Below, piece after piece: positions 60,366 through 64,000 of a DNA stretch of 64,000 nucleotides; position 1 is the first letter of the stretch, and every line of letters begins with the position of its first letter. Below the pieces are notes generated by a model. That model was not told where the DNA came from and searched no databases. It saw only the letters and a list, made by a program, of their open reading frames with translations. Source of the DNA: an uncultured Mollicutes bacterium. GTDB taxonomy: Bacteria; Bacillota_I; Bacilli_A; ML615J-28; CAG-313. The stretch covers positions 7,848-71,847 of the forward strand of contig UQBM01000006.1 in NCBI GenBank assembly GCA_900539265.1, read 5' to 3'. The position numbers and the translations under genes were made by a program.

Positions 60366-62801
60366 ATGGAAAATAATTACATGAATGACGCTCTACTAGG
60401 AAAGATTTCACGCGAACAAAATGTTCGTATTGGTCAAATTAGGGCGGTGCTAGAGTTAATTGAAGGTGGAGCAACTGTTCCTTTTATTGCTCGTTATCGT
60501 AAAGAGGTAACAGGAAATTTAGATGAGGAACAAATTCGTGCAATATATCAAGAATGGGATTATGGTCAAAAACTTGCAGCTCGTAAAGAAGATGTAATGC
60601 GTTTAATTGAAGAAAAAGGTAAACTTACAGATGAAATTAAAATGGGCATAATAAATGCTACAAAACTTTCTGAAATTGAAGATATTTATCGTCCATTCAA
60701 AGAAAAGAAGAAAACTCGTGCAACAGATGCTAAGAAAAAAGGATTGGAACCATTAGCAGAATATCTACTTTCTTTTCCTTTAGATGGCAATGTTGAAGAG
60801 ATTGCAAGTCAATATGTTACATCTTTAGAAGGAAAGACTGATGAAGAAATAGAAACAATGAAAAAAGAAGGTATCATTGTTAAAAATGTTGATGAGGCAA
60901 TTCAAGGGGCTAAAGATATTATTGCTGAAATTGTATCAGACGAGCCAAAATATCGAGCTTGGATTAGAGAAAATTTTGAAAATGAAGCAAAAATTAAATC
61001 TGAAGTTAAAGAAGATGCTGTTGATGAGAAGAAAGTATATGAAATGTACTATGACTATGAAGAACCACTTAAGACAATTAAACTTCATCGTATTTTGGCC
61101 TTAAATAGAGCTGAAGCTGAAAAGGTTATTAAAGTAAGTGTAATTGAAGATTATGCAAAAGTATTAGAATACATATGTGGTGATATGGTAAAGGTTAAAG
61201 AATCAATTACTGCTCCTTATGTACATAATGCCTGCCAAGATGGATATGATAGATTAATTAAGCCTGCTATTGTAAGAGAAATTCGTTCAGAATTAAAAGA
61301 AAAAGCAGAAGATCAAGCTATCAATATTTTTGGTGAAAATCTTCGTAATTATTTATTGCAACCACCTATGAAAGGTAAAGTTGTTTTAGGTGTTGATCCT
61401 GCATTTAGAACTGGCTGTAAACTTGCTGTAGTTGATGCTACGGGTAAAGTTTTAGAAAAAAGCGTAATGTATCCTCATCAAAAACAAAAGGGAGAAGTTG
61501 TTCCACCTGCGCGTTATCAAGCTGCAGTTGAAACTTTTTGTGAATTAATTAATAAACATCATGTTGAAGTTGTTGCAATGGGAAATGGTACAGCAAGCCG
61601 TGAAACTGAGGCTTTTGTTGCTAATACTTTAAAAACAATTGATCGTGATATAAAATATATTATTGTTAATGAAGCGGGAGCATCTGTTTATTCAGCATCA
61701 GATCTTGCAAGAGAGGAGTTTCCAGAATATTCTGTTGAGGAACGTTCAGCTGTTTCTATTGCAAGACGTCTTCAAGATCCTCTTTCAGAACTTGTTAAAA
61801 TTGATCCCAAATCAATTGGTGTTGGTCAATATCAACATGATGTAAGTCAATCAAAATTGGCTGATTCGCTTGATTTTGTTGTAGAAACTGCGGTTAATAA
61901 AGTTGGAGTAAATATTAATACCGCATCTTATTCATTATTAAAATATGTAGCTGGTTTAAATGCTGGCACAGCAAAAAAGATTGTTGCTTATCGTGAGGAA
62001 AATGGTCGTTTCGAAAATCGTAAGGATATTAAAGTAAAGGGGGTAGGACCTAAGGCACTTGAACAGGCAATTGGTTTCTTAAGAATTGTTGATGGTAATG
62101 AACCTCTTGATATGACAGGAATTCATCCAGAAAGTTATGAAACTGCACTAGCTATTTTAACAAAACTTGGTTTTACTTCAAATGATCTTGGAAAAAGTGA
62201 ATTAGTTGAAAAAGTAAAAATGTTAACTGATGAAGAAAAGAAGGTAATGATTGAAGAATTAAATGTGGGTGAATATACTTTCAATGACATTCTTGATGCA
62301 TTTATTTCACCTCTTCGTGATCCACGTGATGTAATTGAAGCACCTGTTTTAAGAAGTGACATTTTAGAACTTAAAGATTTAGCAGCTGGTATGGAGTTGC
62401 AAGGAACAGTTCGTAATGTTACTGATTTTGGAGCATTTGTTGATTGTGGTCTTCATGATGATGGTCTTGTTCATGTATCTAAGATGTCAACAAAATTTAT
62501 TAAACATCCTTTAGATGCGGTTCATGTTGGTCAGATTGTTAAAGTTTGGGTTTTAGAAGTTGATTTAGATAAGGGTCGTCTTCAACTCACAATGATTGAT
62601 CCTAATGCTCCGAAAGTAGAAAAAGAAGAAAGAAAGTCTAATAATAAGCCAAAAATGAATAAAAAAACAGTAGATCCTGAAGCTGAAAGGCAAAGAAAGC
62701 AACGCCAAGAACAAAAAGCAAAGCGTGAAGAATACAAGCGTCGCCAAGAAGAGAGATTTGAAAGGCAAATGCAAGCATTAAGAAATAAATTTGGAAATTA
62801 A
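60366..62801 (+). CDS. tex: Tex-family transcription accessory protein with a C-terminal S1 domain
   Basis: YqgF/HhH domains plus an S1 domain and a basic tail. The N-terminus is DALLGKISRE. Confidence 0.9.
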   Translation: MENNYMNDALLGKISREQNVRIGQIRAVLELIEGGATVPFIARYRKEVTGNLDEEQIRAIYQEWDYGQKLAARKEDVMRLIEEKGKLTDEIKMGIINATKLSEIEDIYRPFKEKKKTRATDAKKKGLEPLAEYLLSFPLDGNVEEIASQYVTSLEGKTDEEIETMKKEGIIVKNVDEAIQGAKDIIAEIVSDEPKYRAWIRENFENEAKIKSEVKEDAVDEKKVYEMYYDYEEPLKTIKLHRILALNRAEAEKVIKVSVIEDYAKVLEYICGDMVKVKESITAPYVHNACQDGYDRLIKPAIVREIRSELKEKAEDQAINIFGENLRNYLLQPPMKGKVVLGVDPAFRTGCKLAVVDATGKVLEKSVMYPHQKQKGEVVPPARYQAAVETFCELINKHHVEVVAMGNGTASRETEAFVANTLKTIDRDIKYIIVNEAGASVYSASDLAREEFPEYSVEERSAVSIARRLQDPLSELVKIDPKSIGVGQYQHDVSQSKLADSLDFVVETAVNKVGVNINTASYSLLKYVAGLNAGTAKKIVAYREENGRFENRKDIKVKGVGPKALEQAIGFLRIVDGNEPLDMTGIHPESYETALAILTKLGFTSNDLGKSELVEKVKMLTDEEKKVMIEELNVGEYTFNDILDAFISPLRDPRDVIEAPVLRSDILELKDLAAGMELQGTVRNVTDFGAFVDCGLHDDGLVHVSKMSTKFIKHPLDAVHVGQIVKVWVLEVDLDKGRLQLTMIDPNAPKVEKEERKSNNKPKMNKKTVDPEAERQRKQRQEQKAKREEYKRRQEERFERQMQALRNKFGN

Positions 62802-62817
62802 TTTTTAGGAGGAAAAA

Positions 62818-63048
62818 ATGGTATTTGAAAAAGTACAAGAAATTATTGCTAAAGAATTAAATGTATCACTTGATAAAATTACAATGGATACACATTTAGT
62901 AGATGATTTAGGTGCAGATTCTTTAGATGCAGTAGAATTAATTATGGCTCTTGAAGACGAATTTAATCTTGAAGTTGATGATGAGGCTGCACAAAATATG
63001 AAATATGTTAAAGATTTAGTTCAATACATTGAAAATCATAAATCATAA
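62818..63048 (+). CDS. acpP: Acyl carrier protein
   Basis: LGADSLDAVELIMALE, with the phosphopantetheine-attachment Ser in the DSLD motif. Confidence 0.85.
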   Translation: MVFEKVQEIIAKELNVSLDKITMDTHLVDDLGADSLDAVELIMALEDEFNLEVDDEAAQNMKYVKDLVQYIENHKS

Positions 63049-63066
63049 ATATTTAAAGATGATTTT

Positions 63067-63098
63067 AAACTCGCAAATTTATTTTTGCGAGTTTTTAA
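63067..63098 (+). terminator. Terminator after acpP
   Basis: aaactcgcaaa ttt atttttgcgagttt followed by tt. Confidence 0.65.
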
Positions 63099-63181
63099 AT
63101 TATTTTTAGTAAAAAAAGATATTTATTTTGACTTTCAAAATATTTTGTTTTATAATAATATTAGAATATTGAGGTGATTAT

Positions 63182-64000
63182 ATGCAAAAAGAAAATTCAC
63201 AAATTAAACAACCCAAAAAAAGAATAAGCCCAATTGTTGTTCCAACGATTGAAGAAGAAACCAGTAAAAAGGCCTCACCAAAAAAGGTTCAAAATAAACA
63301 AAGCAAAGAGGTTGAAATTTCAGATAAAAAAGCGACATCTAAAACAAAGACATCACCAACTAAAAAAACAGTAGAAAATGAGAAAAAAACAAATTCAAAA
63401 AAAACATCTTCTAAAAAGGTAACTAAACCAAAAATTGATGAAAAGAAAATAACATCAACTAAAATTGACCCAAGAACAGGTACTATTAAACAGGTAAAAG
63501 ATAAAAAAATTAAGGATAACATAGTAAAAGTAGATAGTGTAGAAATTGAATCTAAAAAGAAAGTTATCAAACCAAAAGTAAAAAAACCATCAATCAAAAG
63601 TGCAGAAGTAACGATTGAACCAGCACCACGGGATAATACACCTAAAGAAATAGTAAGACCAACTCCTAAAAAAATAAAACAATGGACAAAAGAAGAAAAA
63701 GTATTATATAAGAATTTAGAAGAATCCTTTAACACTATTGCTAATATGGCAAATGTCATTGAAGAAAGAACAATGGATGTAAAAAACATTCCTGATCTTA
63801 CAATTGGGGAACTTCATGTTATTGAGATGGTTAATAAGTATAATAATAAACCGATGACTTTAATTGCTAAAAAGATGCATGTAACAGTAGGATCACTTAC
63901 AATTGGAGTTAATCGTTTGGTGCAAAAAGGTTATTTATTACGAATTCGTGATGAAATGGATCGTCGTGTTATTTTATTAAGCATTACACAACAAGGAAAA
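63182..64000 (+). CDS. MarR-family regulator with a ~200-aa Lys-rich N-terminal extension, 3'-partial (runs off the window)
   Basis: The frame is open from the ATG at 63182 (RBS gaggtga) to the window end. It was not in the ORF track because there is no stop. The C-terminal part LTIGELHVIEM ... GSLTIGVNRLVQKGYLLR ... DRRVILLSIT is a MarR wHTH. Confidence 0.6.
   Translation, partial: MQKENSQIKQPKKRISPIVVPTIEEETSKKASPKKVQNKQSKEVEISDKKATSKTKTSPTKKTVENEKKTNSKKTSSKKVTKPKIDEKKITSTKIDPRTGTIKQVKDKKIKDNIVKVDSVEIESKKKVIKPKVKKPSIKSAEVTIEPAPRDNTPKEIVRPTPKKIKQWTKEEKVLYKNLEESFNTIANMANVIEERTMDVKNIPDLTIGELHVIEMVNKYNNKPMTLIAKKMHVTVGSLTIGVNRLVQKGYLLRIRDEMDRRVILLSITQQGK

Noticed and set aside
63289-63789. 166-aa minus-strand ORF (F/S/L-rich)
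   Set aside because: It is the antisense translation of the Lys-rich (AAA/AAG) N-terminal extension of the + strand MarR-type ORF and is a low-complexity artefact.

Overview
The window is a 64 kb stretch of chromosome from a very AT-rich, spore-forming Bacillota (Firmicutes) organism. Coding density is high and most genes are on the + strand.

The first ~8 kb look like an accessory or integrated region. It contains a 5'-partial PD-(D/E)XK nuclease-like gene immediately followed by a 699-aa AIPR-like gene, which together make a candidate two-gene abortive-infection/defence module. Downstream is an unusually GC-rich intergenic patch with an array of a 10-bp motif (TTGGACACTT) in both orientations. 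A convergent 667-aa membrane-anchored protein with a PIN-like motif follows, then a 5'-truncated IS21-family transposase remnant. Next is a DUF3800-family gene with a strong promoter and a leader that carries a terminator-like hairpin. The region ends in an array of ATGAAACATTT direct repeats next to three degenerate tRNA T-arm fragments, which read as att-site scars.

The remaining ~56 kb is core genome. In order it contains:
- a MerR regulator with a textbook MerR-type 19-bp-spacer promoter driving an alpha/beta-hydrolase lipoprotein;
- an oxidative-stress cluster (CoA-disulfide reductase with rhodanese domain, iron-containing alcohol dehydrogenase, PerR-like Fur-family regulator, rubrerythrin);
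- coaX, malQ, an ABC exporter and udk;
- cell-wall genes (Amidase_2 and an SDR epimerase);
- a 1075-aa lipoprotein with five Flg_new-type repeats and a GHL10 domain, followed by an SGNH hydrolase;
- an ECF transporter S-component and a ZIP metal transporter;
- a sporulation mini-cluster: a CotZ/CotY-like Cys-rich coat protein, a catalytically dead PTS-EIIB-like domain protein and sspI, with sigma-K-like and sigma-G-like promoters;
- pepV, trmB, a DJ-1 protein, a patatin-like lipase and a Cof-type HAD hydrolase;
- rpsF-ssb-rpsR;
- DegV, then gdpP and rplI, which here form one continuous reading frame with no stop codon between them;
- dnaB, prfA, alr, prmC, tsaC, spoIIR, rpiB and the complete atpZ/I-BEFHAGDC operon;
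- pyk and a SpoIIQ-like degenerate M23 protein with a forespore-type promoter;
- ytqA and ytqB (mnmM), a DUF1295 membrane protein, yigZ, a cinA C-terminal-domain gene, tex, acpP, and a 3'-partial MarR-type regulator with a Lys-rich N-terminal extension.

No CRISPR array, rRNA gene or intact tRNA gene was seen.
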